From: Eledone cirrhosa
Taxonomy: Eukaryota
NCBI GenBank assembly: GCA_964016885.1
Contig: OZ024740.1
Span: 317,192,001-317,256,000, forward strand
Direction: 5' to 3'
DNA length: 64,000 nucleotides
The translations under genes were made by a program, and so were the position numbers. Of the stretch, positions 1 to 11,639 are shown one piece after another. The notes under the pieces are model-generated. The model had not been told where the DNA came from, did no database searches, and saw only the letters and a list, made by a program, of their open reading frames with translations. Numbering within the stretch: position 1 is the first letter of the stretch; the number at the start of each line of letters is the position of its first letter.

Positions 1-68
1 ATAAATATATATCAAATATATAAGAACCCTAGAGCAAATCCTGAGCAACGCTGGGCCATTCTGCTAGT
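1..68 (+). mobile_element. Helitron-like 3' terminus
   Basis: Degenerate GC hairpin cctgagcaacgctggg followed about 8 nt later by CTAG|T (64-68), the typical Helitron 3' signature. Confidence 0.5.
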
Positions 69-1072
69 ATAATATATAGCAGAGCGGCCATGTTTACACT
101 GTAACAGCAACAAAAAAACTGGCGTGATCAAGCTCAAACAGTAGTACCAACTATAAGCACGCTTGATCTGAAAGCAGTGTGATAAACCTAAAGATATGTT
201 ATGGTGAAAGTGCGGATAATCTTTTACTTACGCTCATATATATACTGGGGGCTATCAACTTGGTCTCAAGCCTGACTAATTTCTTATAGCTTACATCAGG
301 GTTGTTGTGCTTCTCAATCATAGATCATTGCATAATGACATACATCCAACACGGTTTTAAATATTTTAAGACAAATGTAGCATGAAATTTGATCGAGGAC
401 ATCAACACCAGAAACTACACCCTTGTGCATTAATTGAAAGTGGTTTTTCAATAGAGTAACAGGTGTGCACTGTTTTGAGCATAAAGACAAGCAATGATCG
501 GGCGAGGCTCATTAAACTATGTCCTGATATGTGATCCTTCATGAGAAACAATATCAGCTTTTGAAAATATAATATGACCACAGAGAGTAACAGCAGTTAT
601 ACATTTATGTATTTCACTAAAATGAATTTTCAACTATGCAGCAGATGTACGACAAATATCTTATCTTTGTCCTCCAACATATGATCTCTTAGGATTAAAT
701 TTGAAAGTGTAACCACAGACATTTATTTGGAAGATCAAGTCTAGATCCTCTACAGTATGGTATCTCAATACAATTCTCTAACTACTCAGCCACGCACCAC
801 AAATACTACTATCACAATAATATATTTTACTTTTACCCCCTATGTGTTTGTGTTATATTTTCTGTACAAATCAGTATCTCAAATTAAAAAAATAATAATA
901 ATAAAGAACATCAGTATTATAGTGTGATATAATTATGGTTTTTATAATCTAAGTTTATTGCGACGACTTTCTTTGCATTGATATTATAGAAATGTTGCAT
1001 TTATATTCTAGTATGTTTATTATATAATATATATTATATTATATTTATTATATAGCTTGTCAGTCCTGAGTG

Positions 1073-1332
1073 TTAAGTCTGTCTTGAGCCTGGGGCTCAT
1101 CAGGCTGGTGCTTATCCAAGTTTCCTTGGTGTGAAGCGACTGAGAACACACGACTTCCTCCTGGACAGGATGCCAGTCCATCGCAGAGTTAATACCCTAG
1201 CTACTGATGACACACATTTTTCAGCTGACTGTATGTTATGTGAACTGAAGTGTTTTGCTGAAGAACACAACACACAAACCAGTCAAGGAATCGAACCCTC
1301 AACATATGCCACTAGACTATGCACCTCCTCTA
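1073..1332 (-). mobile_element. tRNA-derived SINE, family A
   Basis: Reverse complement of the copies at 4425 and 31864. B-box-like GGTTCGATTCC and the central motif GGACTGGCATCCTGTCCAGG (V-SINE-like). Confidence 0.8.
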
Positions 1333-2124
1333 TTTAGATGATGCAAATTCGTGCTTTATAGAACAAATATTGGAAATATTCTCAGAAATATTTGAAATTG
1401 GGTTCTATTATTTCTATCACTCGAGAGACGCTGTGTTTGAAAAGACATTTGGAAATGATGCAAGAAAACCTTTGAAGATGAAAGATCACCTTGAGAGGAA
1501 GCATTCTTTTAAGGAAAACAAAGATCTTAATATTTTTTTTTAAGACACTGTAAGAAAGGTTTTGAAAACGCCCAGCATTAATGTCATCATTTCTCTAGTC
1601 ACTATCTGATGCTGATATTGAAGAGAGAATAAAAACCTTTTTCAATGTATTCTTTAACATAGCCCCCTCTCCTCCTCCAGAAAATGCATGCCTCATATGA
1701 TTGAAGAGGAAGTTATTATACCATCCATAAAGGAAGTCATAGAAACCATTATGAAGAAGGAAAGAATTGTGAACATTTTCTGGAGGTTATTCCTCTGAGT
1801 AACAATATACTATAATATCATATTGATAAGATGGAAGATATTTGAAAAGCTGTTCTCTTCAGAACTTCAACAGTTTTCTATCCAGCTGGATAAGTCAACA
1901 TTTTCTAAGTTCAAATATTCTCATAGCCTATGTAATGTACTGTAGTATCAGTAAAGATGTAATGAAATGAATGTAGATCTTGAGACAAAGGCAGTGTTTA
2001 AATATAGATTTTCTAGAGAAAGGAAGACACTGCAACCAAATAACCAAATCTTAGGACAGTTGCTGACACATTTCTATTTGTATTTCCAATGTCTTATATA
2101 GTTGAACTTGGATTTAGTCATATA

Positions 2125-2201
2125 CAGAATGTCCCCCCCAAAATGTATACACACTTCAATAGCATTCTAATATTGTGTATACATTTTTGAGAAACACCCT
2201 G
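2125..2201. mobile_element. Tc1/mariner-type mini-MITE, family M1
   Basis: Degenerate TIR CAGGGTGTCCC...GGGACACCCTG flanked by TA. Other copies at 31494, 38563, 39263, 47230, 53771 and 58297. Confidence 0.8.
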
Positions 2202-2238
2202 TAGATGCATTGATAGGTAACCAAAGAAACAAACTTAA

Positions 2239-2447
2239 CCCTTTAGCATTCACATTACTCTATATATACTATTATATTTTCATGGTAAAGGCTTTACCTC
2301 ACATAATATCTCAAATAATATCGAATTTAAGAGATTTTGAAAGTATTTATTTTGAGAACAATACCTTAACATCAGTTTGAGCAACCAGTTACAGCCAGTT
2401 TCAACAGAAAGAGGTAGAGAATTCTGGCCGGTTTGAACATTAAAGGG
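2239..2447 (+). mobile_element. piggyBac-type MITE, family P1
   Basis: TTAA target site on both sides and TIR CCCTTTAGCATT. Nine copies in the window. Confidence 0.85.
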
Positions 2448-2504
2448 TTAACGTAACTGAATCTCCCAAATTTTCACCCAACATTCAGGTGGACTGTTCC
2501 TTAT

Positions 2505-2612
2505 TGCATATGTCAAACATCTGTGGACATTCTTACAAAATCAGAAAACAGTATAGCTCCCATGACTTTGGGAAACATTTTTCACAATCAAGAGTTGTTG
2601 AAGCATGGAACA
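2505..2612 (+). mobile_element. CR1-like LINE fragment
   Basis: Translates as NICGHSYKIRKQ...HFSQSRVVEAWNNL, the same family as the 14308 copy. Confidence 0.75.
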
Positions 2613-3251
2613 ATCTTATAACATTCTGTTGCTATTCAAATATTGTTAAACTAAATGTATGCACAAGTATTTTATTTTTAAAATAGGAGAGCTTACTAGA
2701 AGATGAAGTTTATTTGCTAATTTTGGAATTTAGTGGAGTAAATTTAAAGATCAATTAATTATCCATTTTTCAGCAATAAATCAATTGCCAATTTTTATCA
2801 ATACTAAATTGTGATCTACCAACATTTTATATGATAAATATCTGAAAGTTAACACTAGAAATTAAAGGGAGATAACATTTTTGGAATCTACAGCAATGTT
2901 ATGAATGCTTCTCATTATCAACTTCACTGTAAGGTCAATTATCTCACTGTCATTTTTAATAAAGGCTGAATGTTTTATTTAAATGACTTTTAAAATACTT
3001 TACATTGTGAAGAGTATTCCAAAATAAGTCATCATCAATAATGAATTAATTTTATGATTGTATCACTTTGTGTAAAGCCTCTTTTGAATTCTTTCTACTT
3101 AACACTGAAAAATACCTACCACACTGTTATTGAGTTTATGATTGGGGGAAGGTAGGATAGGGAGTCAATGAAAGCTCTGTGTTAGAATGTTCACAACAAT
3201 GGCATTTCATAATTTACTTACAAAGCCTCTGTAAAAGCTCTAGTCTATACA

Positions 3252-3455
3252 CGAGGGTGAACTGAAAAGTTCATACGTTGAGTATAAAGGAACGATGCTA
3301 GAGCAGTGAAATTTTGCATGCATTAATTACAATTCTTCTTCTTAATAATAATAACTGCATTGTTTAATTCCAGGGACTATTTTGAAAAATAAACCACATT
3401 TGGTCATTCCATGAGAGTATCTTGGTCAGCCTATGAACTTATCAGCCAACCCTCA
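3252..3455 (+). mobile_element. mariner-type MITE, family M2
   Basis: TIR CGAGGG..CTGAAAAGTTCATA / TATGAACTT.TCAG..ACCCTC. Further copies at 4715-4873 (partial) and 41534-41731. Confidence 0.75.
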
Positions 3456-3515
3456 TGTATGTGTGTGTGTGCATATGCGTGTGCATGCACATGTATGCGT
3501 AATCTTTTAATTTAA

Positions 3516-3766
3516 ACCCTTTTGATACCAAACTTCTCTGGTTCTACAATACAAAGTTGTTTATTTTAAAGTATTCATATCTAACTAAAATTCTTCCACT
3601 ATAATTTTATGTAAGAACCTTTAAGTTATGTTCCAAACAGCAACTTGATAATGAGAAAGTTATATTACTATATATTATTATATATTAATAATATCACTAA
3701 ATAGCTCTAAAATTGTTCATTATTTTCACAGTTATTTGAAACTTGTTAAAAATACAATTGAAAGGT
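3516..3766 (+). mobile_element. piggyBac-type MITE, family P2
   Basis: TTAA-flanked with CCCTT ends. Homologous to the copies at 12997, 30731, 32526 and 61657. Confidence 0.7.
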
Positions 3767-3939
3767 TTAAGCTTAACAAATAATATTCTCATACAACTCT
3801 GACTAGAAGATAAACTCCTGGCATACACTTTGTGGTATGAATAGATTTGTGTGGTTAAATGAAGCTAGGGGTTAAAACTTAGTTAGATGATAGAAACTGT
3901 AAGTGAAACATTTATAAACCTTCAAAGTGAAGTATATAT

Positions 3940-4220
3940 AATTTTGGGCCCCAAATAATAGGGTGGTGGTGGAATAATGGGGGGGGGGGAATTGTATAGT
4001 GTACGTTCATAAATATGGGATTTCTTGTAATGTACTTTATTTGTCATATATAATGTTTCTTTAATGTAAAATAAAATTATTAGATTCTCCAACTGCTGTA
4101 TCAATATGAATCACAATAAAATTACACCAGAGATAGATGTGTAAAATTTAATAAACGGGGTGGGGGGGGGGGGGGGGTCTGAAAAATTAATAAGTGGGTC
4201 AATTATTCAAGACCAGAGAG
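3940..4220 (-). mobile_element. TA-flanked MITE, inverted copy of 39777-40119
   Basis: Ends GGGCCCCAAATAAT and ATTATTCAAGACCAGAGAG match the TIRs of the 39777 copy. Confidence 0.6.
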
Positions 4221-4424
4221 TACATGTTCAAATAGAGAAGAAAGTAGTGGGTGTACTATGAGTAAAACACCCATGGCTCTTAGATTACGAGGAAGAATAT
4301 ATGGAAGTCTAGTATTTATTTTTCATTGAGTGTGAGACAGAAATATTGATTTCTAATTTGAACACAAAACTAGTAAATTTAGAGGAGGAGCAAAGTTGAT
4401 TAAAGCAACCCCAGTAGTTGATTG

Positions 4425-4703
4425 TGGAGGTGTGTGACCTAGTGGTAAGGGTGGTGGACTTATGGACAATGTTGAGGGTTCGATTCATGGACTGGGTTGT
4501 GGTTCTTGAGCAAAACGTTTTCATTTCATGTTGCTCCAGTATACTCAGCTGAACATGATTATCAGAAGTAATAACTGGAGGTTTAACCCTGCGAAGGACT
4601 GGTGTCCTGTCCAGGGGGAAGTCTTGTACTTTCAGTCGCTTCACACCAAAGAAACTGGGATAAGCATCAACCTTATGAGTGTCAGGGCTCAAGACAGACT
4701 TTA
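4425..4703 (+). mobile_element. tRNA-derived SINE, family A (near full length)
   Basis: A/B-box head (GTGACCTAGTGG...GGTTCGATTC), central GGACTGGTGTCCTGTCCAGG, tail GGCTCAAGACAGACTT. Confidence 0.85.
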
Positions 4704-5208
4704 GATAGTACTTGGAGTGATGCTAGAGCTGTGAAATCTTGCATGCATTAATTTCAACTCTTCTTATTAATAACTACATTGTTTCTCTCCAGGGACTATG
4801 TTGAAAAATAAACCTCATTTGGTTATTCCAAGAGAGTATCTTGGTCAGAGTATCCTTCTCAGCCAGCCCTTGTAACAAACACAACACCAGTTATTCTAGT
4901 AATGACCCAGTTGATAGCACCACCAGATATTACTGTTATTACTTATGTTGGTAGAAAGGAAGACAATGTGTCAACTCTGGCAGGATTTGAACTCAAAACA
5001 ATGAACTTACAAACTAGATATATATTATAGAAAGCATTTAAACTAGATTTTGGAACTTATTTGACCATACAACAACACAAGTAACAACAATAAAGAAGAA
5101 ATATGAAAAAAAAAATGATGAAATAAAAGAAAACCAGACTATGGCTTTAATAAAGTATAACAAATATATCCACCCTGGACCTGTTGATTAGCCACCCTTA
5201 ATGATTAA

Positions 5209-5434
5209 CTCTTTAGTTACCAACCTGGCCAAACTGGCTTTGGTTCTATGAAATAAAATCACCCATTTTAAAGGTTTCTAATATAAATTAAAATTTCCAA
5301 CATAATTTTATATAAGAACCTTACATTAAGTTACTTAGTAATGATATAATTAATAATTTTAATAAATCGCTCAAAATTCTTCATTAGTTAATTAAAATAG
5401 AGTGTATTTCATTAGAAATATGGTCATGAAAGGT
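5209..5434 (+). mobile_element. piggyBac-type MITE, family P3
   Basis: TTAA-flanked. Close match to 27075-27302 and an inverted copy at 21767-22005. Confidence 0.75.
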
Positions 5435-5685
5435 TTAATAAAGATGAGCTAATTAGGGAACATTTATATGATTAATTTTGCTGGAAATAGCAGCCAATTC
5501 TCTCTCAAACCATAACATACCATATTTAAAGAATGAAGGACTCATTAAATAATGTAGTCCAAAATACAATAGTCTGAAAGAAAATGTCTATGATGAAAAT
5601 TCTACTAAATCAGAGTTCACTTTGGACTAAACAACATCAACATTAACAACAACAACAACATCAACAATTAATAAGGGCTACTCAC

Positions 5686-5835
5686 TCCTTACAAGCTGCT
5701 CTGTGGGTGCAGAGCTAGGGTGTTGCTCATTGCAATGCTGCGCATCAGACTGATCGCGACAGTGTGACCTGCCGTTACACACTAACGACTGATCAAACTG
5801 ACATGTAGAGCCGTCACAGTAGAATGTGCACACAT
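5686..5835 (-). CDS. Internal exon encoding an LDL-receptor class A repeat plus linker (CUB-LDLa extracellular protein)
   Basis: Acceptor tgtttgctgtttcag|AT and donor AGGA|gtgagta. 150 bp, phase 1-1. Peptide VCTFYCDGSTCQFDQSLVCNGRSHCRDQSDAQHCNEQHPSSAPTEQLVR has six Cys in LDLa spacing with DxSD. Confidence 0.88.
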
Positions 5836-6084
5836 CTGAAACAGCAAACACTGCCGCTTTAGTCATTCAGTAAAGATACAGAAAAAGGGAGATAATACAT
5901 GAAGGATCAGTGTGTGGTGGTGGTGTAGGGGAGTGTAGTTTTATTGAGGGGCTTTGATATGCGGGACAGGGTGAATAGTGGATGTTTATACTGGTACAGA
6001 ACTGTGTGGGTTGATACTAAAGTAAAACTGTGTAGGTTGATACAAAGGTTTAAAGTGTGGTTAATATCAGGGTGGTAAGAGATG

Positions 6085-6858
6085 TGGATAATTGTGAGGT
6101 TGTTGCCAGAGTGGCTGAAGTGTAGGTAGCTGTGTGGTTGAAGTGTAGGCAGTTGTGAGGTTGATACTGGGGTAATTGTGTGGTTGATACAAGAGTGGTT
6201 GAAGTGTAGGTAGTTGTGAGGTTGATATCAGAGTGGTTAAAATGTAGGTAATTGTGAGGTTGATGGTAATGTTGAAGTGTAGGTAGTTGTGAGGTTGATG
6301 GTAATGTTGAAGTGTAGGTAGTTGTGAGGTTGATGGTAATGTTGAAGTGTAGGTAGTTGTGAGGTTGATGGTAATGTTGAAGTGTAGGTAGTTGTGAGGT
6401 TGATGGTAATGTTGAAGTGTAGGTAGTTGTGAGGTTGATGGTAATGTTGAAGTGTAGGTAGTTGTGAGGTTGATGGTAATGTTGAAGTGTAGGTAGTTGT
6501 GAGGTTGATGGTAATGTTGAAGTGTAGGTAGTTGTGAGGTTGATGGTAATGTTGAACTGTAGGTAGTTGTGAGGTTGATGGTAATGTTGAAGTGTAGGTA
6601 GTTGTGAGGTTGATGGTAATGTTGAAGTGTAGGTAGTTGTGAGGTTGATGGTAATGTTGAAGTGTAGGCAGTTGTGAGGTTGATGGTAATGTTGAAGTGT
6701 AGGCAGTTGTGAGGTTGATGGTAATGTTGAAGTGTAGGTAGTTGTGAGGTTGATGGTAATGTTGAAGTGTAGGTAGTTGTGAGGTTGATGGTAATGTTGA
6801 AGTGTAGGTAGTTGTGAGGTTGATGGTAATGTTGAAGTGTAGGTAGTTGTGAGGTTGA
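6085..6858. repeat. 35-bp minisatellite, ~17 near-perfect units plus a degenerate edge
   Basis: Unit GTTGTGAGGTTGATGGTAATGTTGAAGTGTAGGTA. Explains the 279-aa ORF with 35-aa periodicity. Confidence 0.95.
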
Positions 6859-7659
6859 TAAGGTAGAGATGTGAGGAATAATCATATTGTAGATATGAAA
6901 GTTCAACTGTGGGACAAAATAATCACAAAGAGGAATAAATCATTTTGACTGAAATGAAATGTCTATGATATAGATAGGAAGCAACAAACTGGCAGAGGTA
7001 TTGAACAAAATGCTTTAGGATATTTATACGAATATTTTGCATTCTGGGTTCAAATCACACAGAATTCAACTTTGCCTTTCATCTCTATTGAACGATCGAC
7101 TTTCGTCAAATCGAACCGAGGAAACAATGTTTCCATTGGTCTTTCCAATTGCTAATACTATGTATCGGTCACAACTCCAGGTAGAAGGAGCAACGTGAAA
7201 TAAAATGTCTTGCTCAAGGACATAACACATCGCCTGGTCTGGGAATCAAACTCACAAACTCACGATTGTGAATCAATATATATCCTCTATATACAGTTGA
7301 TAAATAAAGTACCAATCTAGGGCGATGGAACATCAGATAAGATGCCTTGAAGTATTTGTTCTGGCTCATTGTGTACTGAGTTTTAAATACTACCAGGATC
7401 TGTTTAACATCAGACTTAATCTGTTATTCAGTTTGATACTGCAACCTGGTCATTAGCGGAGTACCTTCTGTTGCAAACATTTGGGCCAAGTCTCCAGTTT
7501 AAAGATAGCTTCAGCTTTATCTTCCACCAAACTTGGAGGCCCTCATAAAAGTCAAGGGCATTGACATTCCTCCTGACTAAGCAATAAGATAAAAAAAATA
7601 TATATACAGTGAAATTCTGTTATAACAAAATTCATGGAGTATAAAAAAAAAGTTTTTTG

Positions 7660-7763
7660 TAATGGTATTTATTATACCGGAATTTTACCTGTATATATTA
7701 ATTAATCCTTAACGATAAAATACTTTTTGTCTGTCTGGTTTTTTTCCTCACGTAAATTTTTTC

Positions 7764-7799
<36 letters not shown>

Positions 7800-7903
7800 G
7801 AAAATATTTCAAGTGAGGAAAAAACCAGACAGACAAAAAGTATTTTATCGTTAAAGATTAATTAATATATACAGGTAAAATTCCATTATAATGAATACCA
7901 TTA
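7660..7903. repeat. Long inverted repeat (~110-bp arms) centred on (TA)n
   Basis: ttaacgataaaatactttttgtctgtctggtttttttcctcac pairs with gtgaggaaaaaaccagacagacaaaaagtattttatcgttaa, plus matching flanks. Confidence 0.9.
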
Positions 7904-8811
7904 TAACAAATTTTTCAGTATAACGTATATATATATTCAATAATCTCAGTAAATATGTCATCTCTATCTCTCTGATGCAGATTCCTGCTTGAAACATTAA
8001 GTATTCTCTCTCTCAAAAAAAAAAAAAAAAAAATTATTCCATTCAGAAAACTTTTTCTACTCACTATTTTCCAACATAGACCAACACTAGTTTCCAATAA
8101 AATATATCAATTGCCTGATTGATACCAGGCTAAAAGCTGACATTTGTCTAGTCAGGGGACAGACCAACCTAAAACAAAGGTTTTTAATTTGATGTCACAA
8201 AAGATGTGTAGGAAACGAGTGGCCATAAATTCTATATTCTAACCATGTGTATCATCATTGTATTGGTACAAGCATTTATATCCCTGCATACTTTTCATAA
8301 ATAAAATACATGAAGTGTATTGCATTTATGAAAAGTATTCAGGGATATAAATGGCTGTACCAATACAGATGCACACATATGTACGTGTTCTTTGTGTTTA
8401 GTTACACCTCAGCCCGGATAGAGCAGACCTACAATCAAAGGCATTCCACAGTGACCAACACATTTTTTCTTATGTACAGTGTATCGAAAACGATACTATA
8501 CCATGTGTCTTTTTCTAGGATGGAGGGGTGGCATGTGATGAGTGAAATTTGGTTGCTATTTCTAGCAGGTTGAGTGACTACATAGAGGCTTCCTTGTTGG
8601 CCCAATATGTGTGTTTATGTGTGCATATATTTATATATATATGTGCGTATGTGCATAAGTGTTTAAGGGTACTACATATATTTATATATGTGTGCGTATG
8701 TGCATTTTTAATACAACTAAGGACTTTATTATAATATATAATATATATGAGTGTCTGTGTGTGAGTCCCAGGTTCAATTGGGGGTAACCACAGTAAGTAA
8801 GCTACTCAAAC

Positions 8812-8950
8812 ATCAAATTTAATATAGAAATGGCTTCTTCAGGACTAGAACTGTTTCATTCGAAAAGAAATCACCAGGAAAACCCCTGATGATTTCTTTC
8901 AAATGAAACAGTTCTAGTCCTGTAGAAGCCATATCTATATCAAATTTGAT
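8812..8950. repeat. Palindrome with ~66-bp arms
   Basis: atcaaattt.atataga.atggcttct.caggactagaactgtttcatt.. is mirrored by ..aatgaaacagttctagtcctg.agaagccat.tctatat.aaatttgat. Confidence 0.9.
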
Positions 8951-9479
8951 ATATATATATATATATAATGTATGACTATTATATTATATATTCTTTTGTC
9001 AAATGAACCTTATAAATACTGGAATGAAAATATTTTAAATAATGCATAATGTAAAATATGACAGTTGACATTTAAAGGTTTAAATATAAATGAAAGTGAG
9101 AGAGTAAGAATACTCTAAAGCAAGAAACATGGAAACAGGTGGTGAGAAAAAAGGGAAATATATGAAAGAGAAGAAAATGGAAAGAATCAAGAAATTTCAA
9201 GAGAAGAACATGAAAGAACATAGTAAAGAGAAGCTATATATTGATTTAAGCAAAGTACACATGACTAGAAAGCCCTCCACCCAACAAAAAAAAAAAATAT
9301 ATATATATATATATATATTGATAGATCCTTCAGTTACTGTCTTATTATCTTGATAAATGTAGTTAATACTAGTTGTTGAATTTCTAGCATTTCATCAAAT
9401 GAAATTATTAAAATCACAACCTCTTAAACAAAAATGGTCATCAGATGGAAATACAATACAATCTCTTATAATGATGTAA

Positions 9480-9672
9480 CCCTTTAGTATTTACATTACT
9501 ATTATATTTTCATGGTAAAGGTTTTACCTCACATAATATGGAACCTATGAGATTTTGATGATGATATGATTTATTTTGATAACAATACCTTAATGTCAGT
9601 ATGAGTGGCCTGTTTGAACAGAAATAGGTGAGAGAATTATGGCTAAATATAGTAAGTTTAAATGCTAAAGGG
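9480..9672 (+). mobile_element. P1 MITE
   Basis: Same TIR and internal sequence as 2239-2447, with a 3' TTAA. Confidence 0.85.
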
Positions 9673-10087
9673 TTAAACGAAAGTGGTCATTTGAGGGAGT
9701 ACAATATATCTCACCTCATAACGAATATTTTTACAATATATTCTCAATTATTATTTATAGTGATTAACTTTTATTATGGTCATTTGCATTGGGATGGCTA
9801 CATTTCAAATTTCACATTTTCCCAATGCTTCTTAAGTCAATGGTTACTTACACAAATAAATGTAAATATCTCGAGCTAGTATTTATTTCCGAGTGTCTTT
9901 TCATCTTAGCTATCTTTCAATTTATTGTCATTCTAAACAAGAATGTAGTTTCATATTTATCAAGACTACTTTATACGAGAAAAAAAAAAAAAAAAAAATG
10001 ATATGCTTGTGGAATATTTATTTCCATTACTGCTATTGCCTTTTTTTTTTAGGCCCAAGTAAGACCTGATTGAGAAGACCTATGCTT

Positions 10088-10270
10088 TGTGGCATATAGG
10101 TACATCCCTTTACGTTCTTAGTTCAAATCCGGCTAAGATTAGCTTTGCTTTTCATCCTTACGGGGTTGATAAAATAAAGTAGCAGTAAGAAACACACTGG
10201 GGTCAATTTAATTGACTTTCACGTCCCCCAAAATTGTTGGCCTTGTGCCTAAATCAAAACCCATTATTTT
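10088..10270 (+). mobile_element. SINE family B
   Basis: GTTCAAATCC..CTTTGCTTTTCATCCTTACGGGGTTGATAAAATAAAGTA..GGCCTTGTGCC, as in the full copy at 31210. Confidence 0.8.
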
Positions 10271-10302
10271 AGAGTGGCAACCGATTACTTATTTGATCTT
10301 AA

Positions 10303-10511
10303 CCCTTTACCAATTACAATACTCTATATATGTTATTGTATTTTTGTGGTAAAGACTTTACCTCACATAGATTTTACTGTATCTATGAGATTTTGATATT
10401 TATTTGGAGAACAATACCTTAACATCAGTACGAGTGGCCAGTTACAATCAGATTGAACAGAAAGAGGTAAGAGAATTCTGGCCGGATATGGCTGGTTTAA
10501 ATGATAAAGGG
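10303..10511 (+). mobile_element. P1 MITE
   Basis: TTAA-CCCTTTA...TAAAGGG ends with the family internal sequence. Confidence 0.85.
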
Positions 10512-10687
10512 TTATATGAGTAAAGACAATGTGTGAACCAAACACCAATAACAACAACTAATACCCAAAACAATTTACAGCATGGAAGTGTCAGCCATTC
10601 TAAAACACACAAAAACCTACTACTTCATATATTTATTTCTTAGTATCAAAATTTTCACAGCACTGTCAAAAGTTTGTGTCGAAAGAC

Positions 10688-10850
10688 AAGACAACCTCTC
10701 CTCTACACTCGATATGATAGTACATAAGCAGGATTACAAGCCTCTTGACCTGTCTGGGAGGTCACTAGCCCCACTTCAATACTGACTTGGTATATGTAGA
10801 CCTGTCCAATATTTACTAGCAGGGAAAGCGGATATTAAATGATGATGATG
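10688..10850 (+). mobile_element. RTE-tailed short retroelement, family F
   Basis: Ends GCAGGGAAAGCGGATATTAAATGATGATGATG. Homologues at 18838(-), 32137(-), 50097(+), 52188(-) and 53593(-). Confidence 0.65.
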
Positions 10851-11081
10851 TCTGCAACTTGGTCATTAACACAGTTCTACTGCAGATAACTTTAAACTTA
10901 GTAACTTCAGCTAAGTTTTATCTATGTACGTACACACACACATGTATATAAGTACTTACATACATACACATCAATGTGTGTATATCATCATCATCATCGT
11001 TTAACGTCCATTTTCCATGCTAGCATGGGTCTGGACGGGAATTGTCCCACTTGAGGCAAGATTGGTTGTCTTGCTCAGGAC

Positions 11082-11144
<63 letters not shown>

Positions 11145-11153
11145 CAGTCCTGA

Positions 11154-11210
<57 letters not shown>

Positions 11211-11216
11211 CATATA

Positions 11217-11335
11217 GAAGTGCCAGTGCAAGGAAGTTGTGGTAAAAGTAGATCAAGAAAGACCTTGACACTGAAACTCAGAGAGGCAATGACAAAGGAT
11301 CGCAATGTGTGGAGATGTGTGACTGCTACCATATA
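11217..11335 (+). mobile_element. RTE LINE 3' fragment
   Basis: [13 protein letters not shown]...MTKDRNVWR resembles the RTE ORF C-terminus (G.R.RGRP.K.W...DR..WR). Confidence 0.65.
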
Positions 11336-11439
11336 CCCAGGAAAGTACTGTCAATCTAAAGTTCTTGTTGAGACAGGACAAATGGTAAAAGATCCAATAA
11401 TTATCATATTTACTGTATGGCCATTTACGTTCCATTTCC

Positions 11440-11580
11440 CTGCCGAGGTTAGCTTTGCCTTTAATCCTTATGGGGTTGATAAAATAAAGTACCAGCAACA
11501 AACTGGGGGTCAATTTAATTGACTTTCCCCTTCCCCAAAATTGCTGTCCTTGTGCCCAATCAGAAACCAATATTATTATT
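11440..11580 (+). mobile_element. SINE family B, 3' half
   Basis: GCCGAGGTTAGCTTTGCCTTT..GATAAAATAAAGTACC with an (ATT)n tail. Confidence 0.8.
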
Positions 11581-11639
11581 GTTGTTACTGGTTTACATGG
11601 TAAATATGATAATTACTAGATCTTCTACTGTATATTGGG

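Larger units (their letters stand above)
1345..2490 (+). pseudogene. Degraded hAT (Buster/Charlie-type) transposase
   Basis: Frameshifted motifs in order: EKTFGNDARKPLKMKDHLERKH, PHMIEEEVIIPSIKEV, VIPLSNN, FSIQLDKST, ILIAYV, FLFVFPMSYIVELGFS. These match Buster/ZBED5/SCAND3-type transposase motifs. Interrupted by two MITEs. Confidence 0.8.

Noticed and set aside
6067-6906. 279-aa ORF
   Set aside because: Translation of the 35-bp satellite cycling through three frames. No domain or splice support.
9129-9353. Lys/Glu-rich 74-aa ORF
   Set aside because: A/G-rich low-complexity sequence running into (TA)n, with no splice or homology support.
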